DNA of 64,000 nt from Eledone cirrhosa (Eukaryota): the NCBI GenBank assembly GCA_964016885.1, contig OZ024741.1, positions 262,446,001 through 262,510,000 on the forward strand, given 5' to 3'. Below, piece after piece: positions 51,901 through 64,000 of this stretch. The notes under the pieces are model-generated. The model saw nothing but the letters and a program-made list of their open reading frames with translations. It was not told the DNA's origin and did no database searches. Every line of letters begins with the position of its first letter. Position 1 is the stretch's first letter. The position numbers and the translations under genes were made by a program.

Positions 51901-52998
51901 TCGACTTACGAGTCTTTCGGCTTACGAGTGTTTCGACTTACTAATGTTTTTACTTACGAGTGTTTCGGCGTACGAGTGTTTCGACTTACGAGTGTTTCGA
52001 CTTACGGGTGTTTTGACTTACGGGTGTTTCGGCTTACGAGTGTTTCGACTTACGAGTGTTTTGACTTAAGGGTGTTTCGACTTACGAGTATTTTTGGCTT
52101 ACGAGTGTTTCGACTTACGAGTGTTTTGACTTACGAGTGATCTGATTTACAGATGTTTCGACATACGAGTGTTTCGACTTACGAGTGTTTCGACTTATGA
52201 GTATTTCGACTTACGAGTGTTTCGACTTACGAGTGTTTCGACTTACGAGTGTTCCGACTTACGAGTGTTTCGGCTTACGAGTGTTTCCGGCTTACGAGTG
52301 TTTCGACTTACGAGTGTTTTGACTTACGGTGTTTCGGCTTACGAGTGATTCGACTTACGAATGTTTTGACTTACGGGTGTTTCGGCTTGCGAGTGTTTCG
52401 ACTTACGAGTGTTTCGGCTTGCGAGTGTTTCGACTTACTAATGTTTTTACTTACGAGTGTTTCGGCGTACGAGTGTTTCGACTTACGAGTGTTTCGACTT
52501 ACGGGTGCTTTGACTTACGGGTGTTTCGGCTTACGAGTGTTTCGACTTACGAGTGTTTTGACTTAAGGGTGTTGCGACTTACGAGTGTTTCGACTTACGT
52601 GTGTTTCGACTTACGAGTGTTTCGGCTTACGAATGTTTTGACTTAAGGATGTTTCGACTTACGAGTGTTTCGATACGAGTGTTCTGACTTACGAGTGTTC
52701 TGACTTACGAGTGTTTTGACTTACGAGTGTTCTGACTTACGAGTGTTCCGACTTACGTGTGTTCCGACTTACGAGTGTTCTGACTTACGAGCGTTCTGAT
52801 TTACGAGTGTTCCGACTTACGAGTGTTTCGGCTTACGAGTGTTTCGGCTTACGAGTGTTTCGACATACGAGTGTTTCGACTTACGAGTGTTCCGACTAAC
52901 GAGTGTTCCGACTTACGAGTGTTTCGGCTTACGAGTGTTTCGGCTTACGAGTGTTTCGACTTACGAATGTTTCGGCTTACGAGTGTTTCGACTTACGA

Positions 52999-53067
52999 AA
53001 ATAACAAATAGACCCGGTTTCAAATCTCTATGCTTTTCAAATTCATTACATTAATCTTTATTTATAC
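52999..53067. repeat. 69-bp AT-rich spacer, class S5
   Basis: gacccgg and caaattc. Confidence 0.95.
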
Positions 53068-54450
53068 GTTTCGCTTTACGTGTGTTTCGGCTTACGAGTG
53101 TTTCGACTTACGAGTGTTTTTACTTACGGTGTTTCGGCTTACTAGTGTTTCGACATACGAGTGTTTTGACTTACGGGTGTTTCGACTTACGAGTGTTTTT
53201 ACTTACGAATGTTTTGACTTACGGGTGTTTCGGCTTACCAGTGTTTCGACTTACGAGTGTTTCGGCTTACGAGTGTTTCGACTTACTAAGGTTTTACTTA
53301 CGAGTGTTTCGGCGTACGAGAGTTTTGACTTACGAGTGTTTCGACTTACGAGTGTTTCGACTTACGAGTGTTTTGACTTACGAATGTTTTGACTTACGGG
53401 TGTTTCGGCTTACGGGTGTTTTGACTTACGGGTGTTTCGGCTTACGAGTGTTTCGACTTACGAGTGTTTTGACTTACGAGTGTTCTGATTTACGGATGTT
53501 TCGACATACGAGTGTTTAGACTTACGAGTGTTTCGACTTACGAGTGTTTCGGCTTACGAGTGTTTCGACTTACGAGTGTTTTGACTTACGGTGTTTCGGC
53601 TTACGAGTGTTTCGACTTACGAGTGTTTTAACTTACGGGTGTTTTGACATACGAGTGTTTCGACTAACTAATGTTTTTACTTACGAGTGTTTCGGCGTAC
53701 GAGAGTTTGGACTTACGAGTGTTTCGACTTACGAGTGTTTCGACTTACGAGCGTTTTGACTTACGAATGTTTTGACTTACGGGTGTTTCGGCTTACCAGT
53801 GTTTCGACTTACGAGTCTTTCGGCTTACGAGTGTTTCGATTTACTAATGTTTTTACTTACGAGTGTTTCGGCGTACGAGTGTTTCGACTTACGAGTGTTT
53901 CGACTTACGTGTGTTTTGACTTACGGGTGTTTCGGCTTAGGAGTGTTTCGACTTACGAGTGTTTCGACTTACGAGTGTTTCGGCTTACGAGTGTTTTGAC
54001 TTAAGGATGTTTCGACTTACGAGTGTTTCGATACGAGTGTTTCGACTTACGAGTGTTCTGACTTACGAGTGTTCTGATTTACGGATGTTTCGACATACGA
54101 GTGTTTCGACTTACGAGTGTTTCGACTTACGAGTGTTTTGACTTACGGGTGTTTTGACATACGAGTGTTTCGATACGAGTGTTTCGACTTACGAATGTTC
54201 TGACTTACGAGTGCTCTGACTTACGAGTGTTCTGACTTACGAGTGTTCTCACTTACGAGCGTTCTGATTTACGAGTGTTTCGGCTTACGAGTGTTTCGGC
54301 TTACGAGTGTTTCGACATACGAGTGTTTCGACTTACGAGTGTTCCGACTAACGAGTGTTCCGACTTACGAGTGTTTCGGCTTACGAGTGTTTCGGCTTAC
54401 GAGTGTTTCGACTTACGAGTGTTTCGGCTTACGAGTGTTTCGACTTACGA

Positions 54451-54519
54451 AAATAACAAATAGACGCGGTTTCAAATCTCTATGCTTTTCAAATTCATTA
54501 CATTAATCTTTATTTATAC
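54451..54519. repeat. 69-bp AT-rich spacer, class S6
   Basis: Flanks match 28811 at +25640. Confidence 0.95.
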
Positions 54520-55683
54520 GTTTCGCTTTACGAGTGTTTCGGCGTACGAGTGTTTCGACTTACGAGTGATTTAACTTACGTGTGTTTCGGCTTACGAGTG
54601 TTTCGACTTACGAGTGTTTTTACTTACGGTGTTTCGGCTTACGAGTGTTTCGACATACGAGTGTTTTGACTTACGGGTGTTTCGACTTACGAGTGTTTTG
54701 ACTTACGATTGTTTTGACTTACGGGTGTTTCGGCTTACCAGTGTTTCGACTTACGAGTGTTTCGGCTTACGAGTGTTTCGACTTACTAAGGTTTTCACTT
54801 ACGAATGTTTTGACTTACGGGTGTTTCGGCTTACGGGTGTTTTGACTTACGGGTGTTTCGGCTTACGAGTGTTTCGACTTACGAGTGTTTTGACTTACGA
54901 GTGTTCTGATTTACGGATGTTTCGACATACGAGTGTTTCGACTTATGAGTGTTTCGACTTACGAGTGTTTCGACTTACGAGTGTTTCGGCTTACGAGTGT
55001 TTCGACTTACGAGTGTTCTGAATTACGGTGTTTCGGCTTACGAGTGTTTCGACTTACGAGTGTTTTAACTTACGGGTGTTTTGACATACGAGTGTTTCGA
55101 CTAACTAATGTTTTTACTTACGAGTGTTTCGGCGTACGAGAGTTTTGACTTACGAGTGTTTCGACTTACGAGTGTTTCGACTTACGAGCGTTTTGACTTA
55201 CGAATGTTTTGACTTACGGGTGTTTCGGCTTACCAGTGTTTCGACTTACGAGTCTTTCGGTTTACGAGTGTTTCGACTTACTAATGTTTTTACTTACGAG
55301 TGTTTCGGCGTACGAGTGTTTCGACTTACGAATGTTTCGACTTACGGGTGTTTTGACTTACGGGTGTTTCGGCTTACGAGTGTTTAGACTTACGAGTGTT
55401 TTTACTTAAGGGTGTTTCGACTTACGAGTGATCTGATTTACGGATGTTTCGACATACGAGTGTTTCGACTTACGAGTGTTTCGACTTACGAGTGTTCCGA
55501 GTTACGAGTGTTTCGGCTTACGAGTGTTTCGGCTTAAGAGTGTTTCGACATACGAGTGTTTCGACTTACGAGTGTTCCGACTAACGAGTGTTCCGACTTA
55601 CGAGTGTTTCGGCTTACGAGTGTTTCGGCTTACGAGTGTTTCGACTTACGAGTGTTTCGGCTTACGAGTGTTTCGACTTACTA

Positions 55684-55752
55684 AAATAACAAATAGACGC
55701 GGTTTCAAATCTCTATGCTTTTCAAATTCATTACATTAATCTTTATTTATAC
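55684..55752. repeat. 69-bp AT-rich spacer, class S7
   Basis: Preceded by gacttacta; caaattc. Confidence 0.95.
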
Positions 55753-58700
55753 GTTTCGCTTTACGAGTGTTTCGGCGTACGAGTGTTTCGACTTACGAGT
55801 GTTTTTACTTACGGTGTTTCGGCTTACGAGTGTTTCGTCTTATGAGTGTTTTGACTTAAGGGTGTTTCGACGAGTGTTTCGATACGAGTGTTTCGAATTA
55901 CGGGTGTTCTGACTTACGAGTGTTCTGATTTACGGATGTTTCGAATTATGAGTGTTTCGACTACGAGTGATTCGACTTACGAGTGTTTCGACTACGAGTG
56001 TTTCGACTTACGAGTGTTCTGACTTACGAGTGTTCTGACTTACGGGTGTTCTGACTTACGAGTGTTTCGACTTACGAGTGTTTCGGCTTACGAGTGTTTC
56101 GGCTTATGAGTGTTTTGACTTAAGGGTGTTTCGACAAGTGTTTCGATACGAGTGTTACGAGTGTTCTGACTTACGGGTGTTCTGACTTACGAGTGTTCCG
56201 ACTTACGAGTGTTTCGGCTTATGAGTGTTTCGGCTTACGAGCGTTTCGACTACGAGTGTTTCGACTTACGAATGTTTTTGCTTACGAGTGTTTCGACTTA
56301 CGAATGTTTTTGCTTACGAATGTTGTTGCTTACGAGTGTTCTGACTTACGAGTGTTTTGACTTACGAGTGTTCCGACTTACGAGTGTTCCGGCTTACGAG
56401 TGTTTCGGCTTACGAGTGTTTCGACTTACGAGTGTTCTGACTTACGAGTGTTCCGGCTTACGAGTGTTTCGGCTTACGAGTGTTTCGACTTACGAGTGTT
56501 CCGACCTACGAGTGTTTCGGCTACGGATGTTCCGACTTACGAGTATTTTCGGCTTACGAGTGTTTTGACTTACGATTGTTTTGACTTACGATTGTTTCGG
56601 CTTACGAGTGTTTCGACTTACGAGTGTTTCGATTTACGAGTGTTTTGACTTAAGAATATTTTGACTTACGGGTGTTTCGGCTTACGAGTGTTTCGACTTA
56701 CGAGTGTTTTGACTTACGGGTGTTTCGACTTACGAGTGTTTTGGTTTACGTGTGTTCTGACTTACGAATGTTTCGGCTTACGAGTGTTTCGACTTACGAG
56801 TGTTTCGACTTACGGTTGTTCTGACTTACGGGTATTCCGACTTACGAGTGATTTGGCATACGAGTGTTTCGACTTACGAGTGTTTTCGGCTTACGAGTGT
56901 TTCGACTTACGAATGTTTTGACTTACGATTGTTTCGGCTTACGAGTGTTTCGACTTACGAGTGTTTCGGCTTACGAGTGTTTCGGCTTATGAGTGTTTTG
57001 ACTTAAGGGTGTTTCGACGAGTGTTTCGATACGAGTGATTCGACTTACGGGTGTTCTGACTTACGAGTGTTCTGATTTACGGATGTTTCGAATTATGAGT
57101 GTTTCGACTACGAGTGTTTCGACTTACGAGTGTTTCGACTACGAGTGTTTTGACTTACGAGTGTTCTGACTTACGAGTGTTCTGACTTACGGGTGTTCTG
57201 ACTTACGAGTGTTCCGACTTACGAGTGTTTCGGCTTATGAGTGTTTCGGCTTACGAGCGGTTGACTAGGAGTGTTTCGACTTACGAATGTTTTTGCTAAC
57301 GAGTGTTTCGACTTACGAGTGTTTCGACTTACAAGTGTTTCGACTTACGTGTGTTTTGACTTACGGTGTTTCGGCTTACGAGTGTTTCGACATACGAGTG
57401 TTTTTGACTTACCGGTGTTTCGACTTACGGGTGTTTCGACTTACGAGAGTTTCGACTTACGAGTGTTCTGACTTACGAGTGTTCTGACTTACGAGTGTTC
57501 CGACTTGCTAGTGTTTCGGCCTACGAGTGTTTCGACATGCGAGTTTTTTGACTTACGGATGTTTCGTCTTACGGGTGTTTCGACTCACGAGTGTTTCTAC
57601 TTACGAGTGTTTCGACTTACGAGTGTTCCGACTTACGAGTGTTTTGACTTACGAGTGTTCCGACTTACGAGTGTTTCGGCTTACGAGTGTTTCGGCTCAC
57701 GGGTGTTCCGACTTACGAGTGTTCCGACTTACGAGTGTTTCGGCTACGGATGTTCCGACTTACGAGTATTTTCGGCTTACGAGTGTTTTGACTTACGAGT
57801 GTTTTGACTTACGAGTGTTCCGACTTACGAGTGTTTCGGCTTACGAGTGTTTCGGCTCACGAGTGTTTCGACTTACGAGTGTTTTGAATTACGAATGTTT
57901 TGCCTTACGGGTGTTTCGGTTTACGGGTGTTTTGACTTACGAGTGTTCTGACTTACGAGTGTTCCGGCTTACGAGTGTTTCGGCTTACGAGTGTTTTGGT
58001 TTACGTGTGTTTCGACTTACGAATGTTTCGGCTTACGAGTGTTTCGACTTACGAGTGTTCCGACCTACGAGTGTTTCGGCTACGGATGTTCCGACTTACG
58101 GGTGTTTCGGCTTATGAGTGTTTCGAATTACGAGTATTTTGACTTACGGGTGTTTCGACTTACGAGTGTTTTGGTTTACGTGTGTTTCGACTTACGAATG
58201 TTTCGGCTTACGAGTGTTTCGACTTACGAGTGTTTAAACTTACGAGTGTTTTGACTTACGGGTGTTTCGACTTACGAGTGTTTTGGTTTACGTGTGTTTC
58301 GACTTACGAATGTTTCGACTTACGAGTGTTTTGACTTACGATTGTTTCGGCTTACGAGTGTTTCGACTTACGAGTGTTTCGGCTTACGAGTGTTTCGGCT
58401 TACGAGTGTTTTGACTTAAGGGTGTTTCGACGAGTGTTTCGATACGAGTGTTTTGACTTACGATTGTTTCGGCTTACGAGTGTTTCGACTTACGAGTGTT
58501 TTGACTTACGATTGTTTCGACTTACGAGTGTTTTGACTTACGAGTGTTTCGGCTTATGAGTGTTTCGACTTACGAGTGTTTTGACTTACGGGTGTTTCGA
58601 CTACGAGTGTTTCGACTTACGAGTGTTCTGACTTACGAGTGTTCTGACTTACGAGTGTTCCGACTTACGAGTGTTTCGGCTTACGAGTGTTTCGGCTTAC

Positions 58701-58986
58701 GTGTGTTTCTTCTTACGAGTGTTTCGACTTACGAGTGTTCCGACTTACGAGTGTTTCGACCTACGAGTGTTTTGACTTACGGTGTTTCGGCTTACGAATG
58801 TTTTGACTTACGAGTGTTTTGACTTACGGGTGTTTTGACATACGAGTGTTTCGATACGAGTGTTCTGACTTATGAGTGTTCTGACTTACGATTGTTCTGA
58901 CATACGAGTGTTCTGACTTACGAGTGTTCCGACTTACGAGTGTTTCGGCTCACGAGTGTTTCGGCTTACGAGTGTTTCGACTACGA

Positions 58987-59055
58987 AAATAACAAATAGA
59001 CGCGGTTTCAAATCTCTATGCTTTTCAAGTTCATTACATTAATCTTTATTTATAC
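58987..59055. repeat. 69-bp AT-rich spacer, class S4
   Basis: Copy of 48869 at +10118. Confidence 0.95.
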
Positions 59056-62000
59056 GTTTCGCTTTACGAATGTTTCGACTTACGAGTGTTTCGACTTACG
59101 AGTGTTTCGGCTTACGAGTGTTTCGGCTCACGAGTGTTTCGACTTAAGAGTGTTTCGACTAAACGAGTGTTTCGACTTACGAGTGCTTTTGCCATACGGG
59201 TGTTTCGGTTTACGAGTGTTTCGACTTAAGAGTGTTCTGACTTACGAGTGTTCCGACTTACGAGTGTTTCGACTTACGAGTGTTTCGACTTACGAGTGTT
59301 CCGACCTACGAGTGTTTCGGCTTACGGGTGTTCCGACCTACGAGTGTTTCGACTGACGAGTGTTTTGACTTACGACTGTTTCGGCTTACGAGTGTTTCGA
59401 CTTACGAGTGTTTCGACTTACGAGTGTTCTGACTTACGAGTGTTCTGACTTACGAGTGTTCCGACTTACGAGTGTTTCGGCTTACGAGTGTTTCGACATG
59501 CGAGTGTTTTGACTTACGGATGTATCGACTTACGGGTGTTTCGACTCACGAGTGTTTCTACTTACGAGTGTTTCGACTTACGAGTGTTTCGACTTACGAG
59601 TGTTTCGGCTTACGAGTGTTTCGGCTCACGAGTTTTTCGACTTACGAGTGTTTTGAATTACGAATGTTTTGCCTTACGGGTGTTTCGGTTTACGAGTGTT
59701 TTGACTTACGAGTATTCTGACTTACGAGTGTTCCGACTTACGGGTGTTTCGACTTACGAGTGTTTCGACTTACGAGTGTTCCGACCTACGAGGGTTTCGG
59801 CTTACGGGTGTTCCGACTTACGAGTATTTTCGGCTTACGAGTGTTTCGACTTACGAGTGTTTTGTCTTACGATTGTTTCGGCTTACGAGTGTTTCGACTT
59901 ACGAGTGTTTTGACTTACGGGTGTTTTGACATACGAGTGTTTCGATACGAGTGTTCTGACTTACGAGTGTTCTGACTTACGAGTCTTCTGACTTACGGGT
60001 GTTCTGACTTACGAGTGTTCCGACTTACGAGTGTTTCGACTACGAGTGTTTCGACTTACGAATGTTTTTGCTTACGAGTGTTTCGACTTACGAATGTTTT
60101 TGCTTACGAATGTTTTTGCTTACGAGTGTTCTGACTTACGAGTGTTTCGACTTACGAGTGTTCCGACTTACGAGTGTTTTGGTTTACGTGTGTTTCGACT
60201 TACGAATGTTTCGGCTTACGAGTGTTTCGACTTACGAGTGTTCCGACCTACGAGTGTTTCGGCTACGGATGTTCCGACTTACGAGTATTTTCGGCTTACG
60301 AGTGTTTTGACTTACGATTGTTTTGACTTACGATTGTTTCGGCTTACGAGTGTTTCGACATACGAGTGTTTCGATTTACGAGTGTTTTGACTTAAGAATA
60401 TTTTGACTTACGGGTGTTTCGGCTTACGAGTGTTTCGACTTACGAGTGTTTTGACTTACGGGTGTTTCGACTTACGAGTGTTTTGGTTTACGTGTGTCTC
60501 GACTTACGAATGTTTCGGCTTACGAGTGTTTCGACTTACTAGTGTTTCGACTTACGGTTGTTCTGACTTACTGGTATTCCGACTTACGAGTGATTTGGCA
60601 TACGAGTGTTTCGACTTACGAGTGTTTTCGGCTTACGAGTGTTTCGACTTACGAGTGTTTTGACTTACGATTGTTTCGGCTTACGAGTGTTTCGACTTAC
60701 GAGTGTTTCGGCTTACGAGTGTTTCGGCTTATGAGTGTTTTGACTTAAAGGTGTTTCGACGAGTGTTTCGATACGAGTGTTTCGACTTACGGGTGTTCTG
60801 ACTTACGAGTGTTCTGATTTACGGATGTTTCGAATTATGAGTGTTTCGACTACGAGTGTTTCGACTTACGAGTGTTTCGACTACGAGTGTTTTGACTTAC
60901 GAGTGTTCTGACTTACGAGTGTTCTGACTTACGTGTGTTCTGACTTACGAGTGTTCCGACTTACGAGTGTTTCGGCTTATGAGTGTTTCGGCTTACGAGC
61001 GTTTCGACTAGGAGTGTTTCGACTTACGAATGTTTTTGCTAACGAGTGTTTCGACTTACAAGTGTTTCGACTTACGAGCGTTTTGACTTACGGTGTTTCG
61101 GCTTACGAGTGTTTCGACATACGAGTGTTTTGACTTACCGGTGTTTCGACTTACGGGTGTTTCGACTTACGAGAGTTTCGACTTACGAGTGCTCTGACTT
61201 ACGAGTGTTCTGACTTACGAGTGTTCCGACTTGCGGGTGTTCTGACTTACGAGTGTTCCGACTTACGAGTGTTTCGACTTATGAGTGTTTCGGCTTACGA
61301 GCGTTTCGACTACGAGTGTTTCGACTTACGAATGTTTTTGCTTACGAGTGTTTCGACTTACGAATGTTTTTGCTTACGAATGTTTTTGCTTACGAGTATT
61401 CTGACTTACGAGTGTTTTGACTTACGAGTGTTCCGACTTACGAGTGTTTTGGTTTACGTGTGTTTCGACTTACGAATGTTTCGGCTTACGAGTGTTTCGA
61501 CTTACGAGTGTTCCGACCTACGAGTGTTTCGGCTACGGATGTTCCGACTTACGAGTATTTTCGGCTTACGAGTGTTTCGACTTACGAGTGTTTTGACTTA
61601 CGGGTGTTTCGACTTACGAGTGTTTTGGTTTACGTGTGTTTCGACTTACGAATGTTTCGGCTTACGAGTGTTTCGATTTACGAGTGTTTCGACTTACGGT
61701 TGTTCTGACTTACGGGTATTCCGACTTACGAGTGATTTGGCATACGAGTGTTTCGACTTACGAGTGTTTTCGGCTTACGAGTGTTTCGACTTACGAGTGT
61801 TTTGACTTACGATTGTTTCGGCTTACGAGTGTTTCGACTTACGAGTGTTTCGGCAAACGAGTGTTTCGTCTTATGAGTGTTTTGACTTAAGGGTGTTTCG
61901 ACGAGTGTTTCCTTACGAGTGTTTCGACTTACGGGTGTTTTGACATACGAGTGTTTCGACTAACTAATGTTTTTACTTACGAGTGTTTCGGCGTACGAAT

Positions 62001-63133
62001 GTTTTGACTTACGGGTGTTTCGGCTTACCAGTGTTTCGACTTACGAGTCTTTCGGCTTACGAGTGTTTCGACTTACTAATGTTTTTACTTACGAGTGTTT
62101 CGGCGTACGAGTGTTTCGACTTACGAGTGTTTCGACTTACGGGTGTTTTGACTTACGGGTGTTTCGGCTTACGAGTGTTTCGACTTACGAGTGTTTTGAC
62201 TTAAGGGTGTTTCGACTTACGAGTATTTTTGGCTTACGAGTGTTTCGACTTACGAGTGTTTTGACTTACGAGTGATCTGATTTACAGATGTTTCGACATA
62301 CGAGTGTTTCGACTTACGAGTGTTTCGACTTATGAGTATTTCGACTTACGAGTGTTTCGACTTACGAGTGTTTCGACTTACGAGTGTTCCGACTTACGAG
62401 TGTTTCGGCTTACGAGTGTTTCCGGCTTACGAGTGTTTCGACTTACGAGTGTTTTGACTTACGGTGTTTCGGCTTACGAGTGATTCGACTTACGAATGTT
62501 TTGACTTACGGGTGTTTCGGCTTGCGAGTGTTTCGACTTACGAGTGTTTCGGCTTGCGAGTGTTTCGACTTACTAATGTTTTTACTTACGAGTGTTTCGG
62601 CGTACGAGTGTTTCGACTTACGAGTGTTTCGACTTACGGGTGCTTTGACTTACGGGTGTTTCGGCTTACGAGTGTTTCGACTTACGAGTGTTTTGACTTA
62701 AGGGTGTTGCGACTTACGAGTGTTTCGACTTACGTGTGTTTCGACTTACGAGTGTTTCGGCTTACGAATGTTTTGACTTAAGGATGTTTCGACTTACGAG
62801 TGTTTCGATACGAGTGTTCTGACTTACGAGTGTTCTGACTTACGAGTGTTTTGACTTACGAGTGTTCTGACTTACGAGTGTTCCGACTTACGTGTGTTCC
62901 GACTTACGAGTGTTCTGACTTACGAGCGTTCTGATTTACGAGTGTTCCGACTTACGAGTGTTTCGGCTTACGAGTGTTTCGGCTTACGAGTGTTTCGACA
63001 TACGAGTGTTTCGACTTACGAGTGTTCCGACTAACGAGTGTTCCGACTTACGAGTGTTTCGGCTTACGAGTGTTTCGGCTTACGAGTGTTTCGACTTACG
63101 AATGTTTCGGCTTACGAGTGTTTCGACTTACGA

Positions 63134-63202
63134 AAATAACAAATAGACCCGGTTTCAAATCTCTATGCTTTTCAAATTCATTACATTAATCTTTATTTAT
63201 AC
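63134..63202. repeat. 69-bp AT-rich spacer, class S5
   Basis: Copy of 52999 at +10135. Confidence 0.95.
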
Positions 63203-64000
63203 GTTTCGCTTTACGTGTGTTTCGGCTTACGAGTGTTTCGACTTCCGAGTGTTTTTACTTACGGTGTTTCGGCTTACTAGTGTTTCGACATACGAGTGTT
63301 TTGACTTACGGGTGTTTCGACTTACGAGTGTTTTTACTTACGAATGTTTTGACTTACGGGTGTTTCGGCTTACCAGTGTTTCGACTTACGAGTGTTTCGG
63401 CTTACGAGTGTTTCGACTTACTAAGGTTTTACTTACGAGTGTTTCGGCGTACGAGAGTTTTGACTTACGAGTGTTTCGACTTACGAGTGTTTCGACTTAC
63501 GAGTGTTTTGACTTACGAATGTTTTGACTTACGGGTGTTTCGGCTTACGGGTGTTTTGACTTACGGGTGTTTCGGCTTACGAGTGTTTCGACTTACGAGT
63601 GTTTTGACTTACGAGTGTTCTGATTTACGGATGTTTCGACATACGAGTGTTTAGACTTACGAGTGTTTCGACTTACGAGTGTTTCGGCTTACGAGTGTTT
63701 CGACTTACGAGTGTTTTGACTTACGGTGTTTCGGCTTACGAGTGTTTCGACTTACGAGTGTTTTAACTTACGGGTGTTTTGACATACGAGTGTTTCGACT
63801 AACTAATGTTTTTACTTACGAGTGTTTCGGCGTACGAGAGTTTGGACTTACGAGTGTTTCGACTTACGAGTGTTTCGACTTACGAGCGTTTTGACTTACG
63901 AATGTTTTGACTTACGGGTGTTTCGGCTTACCAGTGTTTCGACTTACGAGTCTTTCGGCTTACGAGTGTTTCGACTTACTAATGTTTTTACTTACGAGTG

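Larger units (their letters stand above)
1..64000 (+). repeat. 16-bp tandem satellite array (consensus GACTTACGAGTGTTTC), about 3,900 monomers, runs off both window ends
   Basis: Continuous head-to-tail repeats. Common variants are GGCTTACGAGTGTTTC, ..GTGTTTTGAC, ..GTGTTCTGAC, ..GTGTTCCGAC and ..TACGGGTG, plus 12/14/15/17-bp indel monomers. No inverted blocks seen. Confidence 0.99.
47658..64000 (+). repeat. Tandem repetition, period 10,118/10,135 bp, second copy cut by window end
   Basis: ORF pairs 47873/57991 and 48900/59018 at +10118; 49113/59248, 51086/61221 and 53030/63165 at +10135. Confidence 0.9.

Noticed and set aside
45-63894. Hundreds of plus-strand ORFs as protein-coding genes
   Set aside because: They overlap in all three frames with the same 16-aa cycle, mostly start at GTG/TTG within monomers, and are broken by frame-shifting indels and C>T-derived TGA. 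This is a by-product of a stop-free 16-mer.
1-64000. CRISPR array
   Set aside because: Repeats abut directly with no unique spacers, the 69-bp interruptions are near-identical to each other, and there are no cas genes.
1-64000. Telomerase-synthesised telomeric repeat (G/T-rich strand; the TACGGATGT variant recalls Candida telomeres)
   Set aside because: Variants are inherited in multi-kb duplicated blocks with embedded spacers, which indicates recombinational amplification rather than templated addition. The consensus matches no telomere repeat I recognise.

Overview
The whole 64 kb is one head-to-tail satellite DNA array, about 3,900 copies of a 16-bp monomer (consensus GACTTACGAGTGTTTC), all in one orientation. 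I found no credible genes. Every ORF in the track is the satellite read through: three monomers give the 16-aa cycle FRLTSVSTYECFDLRV, and the minus strand has TAA in nearly every monomer. The array is interrupted 22 times by one strongly conserved 69-bp AT-rich spacer, 1.2-4.8 kb apart. Spacer SNPs and flanks define seven classes (S1-S7), in the order 1,2,3,4,3,4,5,5,6,7,1,2,3,1,2,3,4,5,6,7,4,5. This implies an ancestral higher-order repeat of about 19.2 kb, remodelled by tandem duplications (6,178, 4,845, 7,736 and about 10,120-10,135 bp), deletions and a short templated insertion. The architecture looks like eukaryotic heterochromatic or centromeric satellite, but taxon and function cannot be determined from this window. 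The most interesting leads are the periodic spacer and the monomer's resemblance to pogo/Tigger transposon terminal motifs and the CENP-B box. All alignments were done by eye plus ORF-track offsets.
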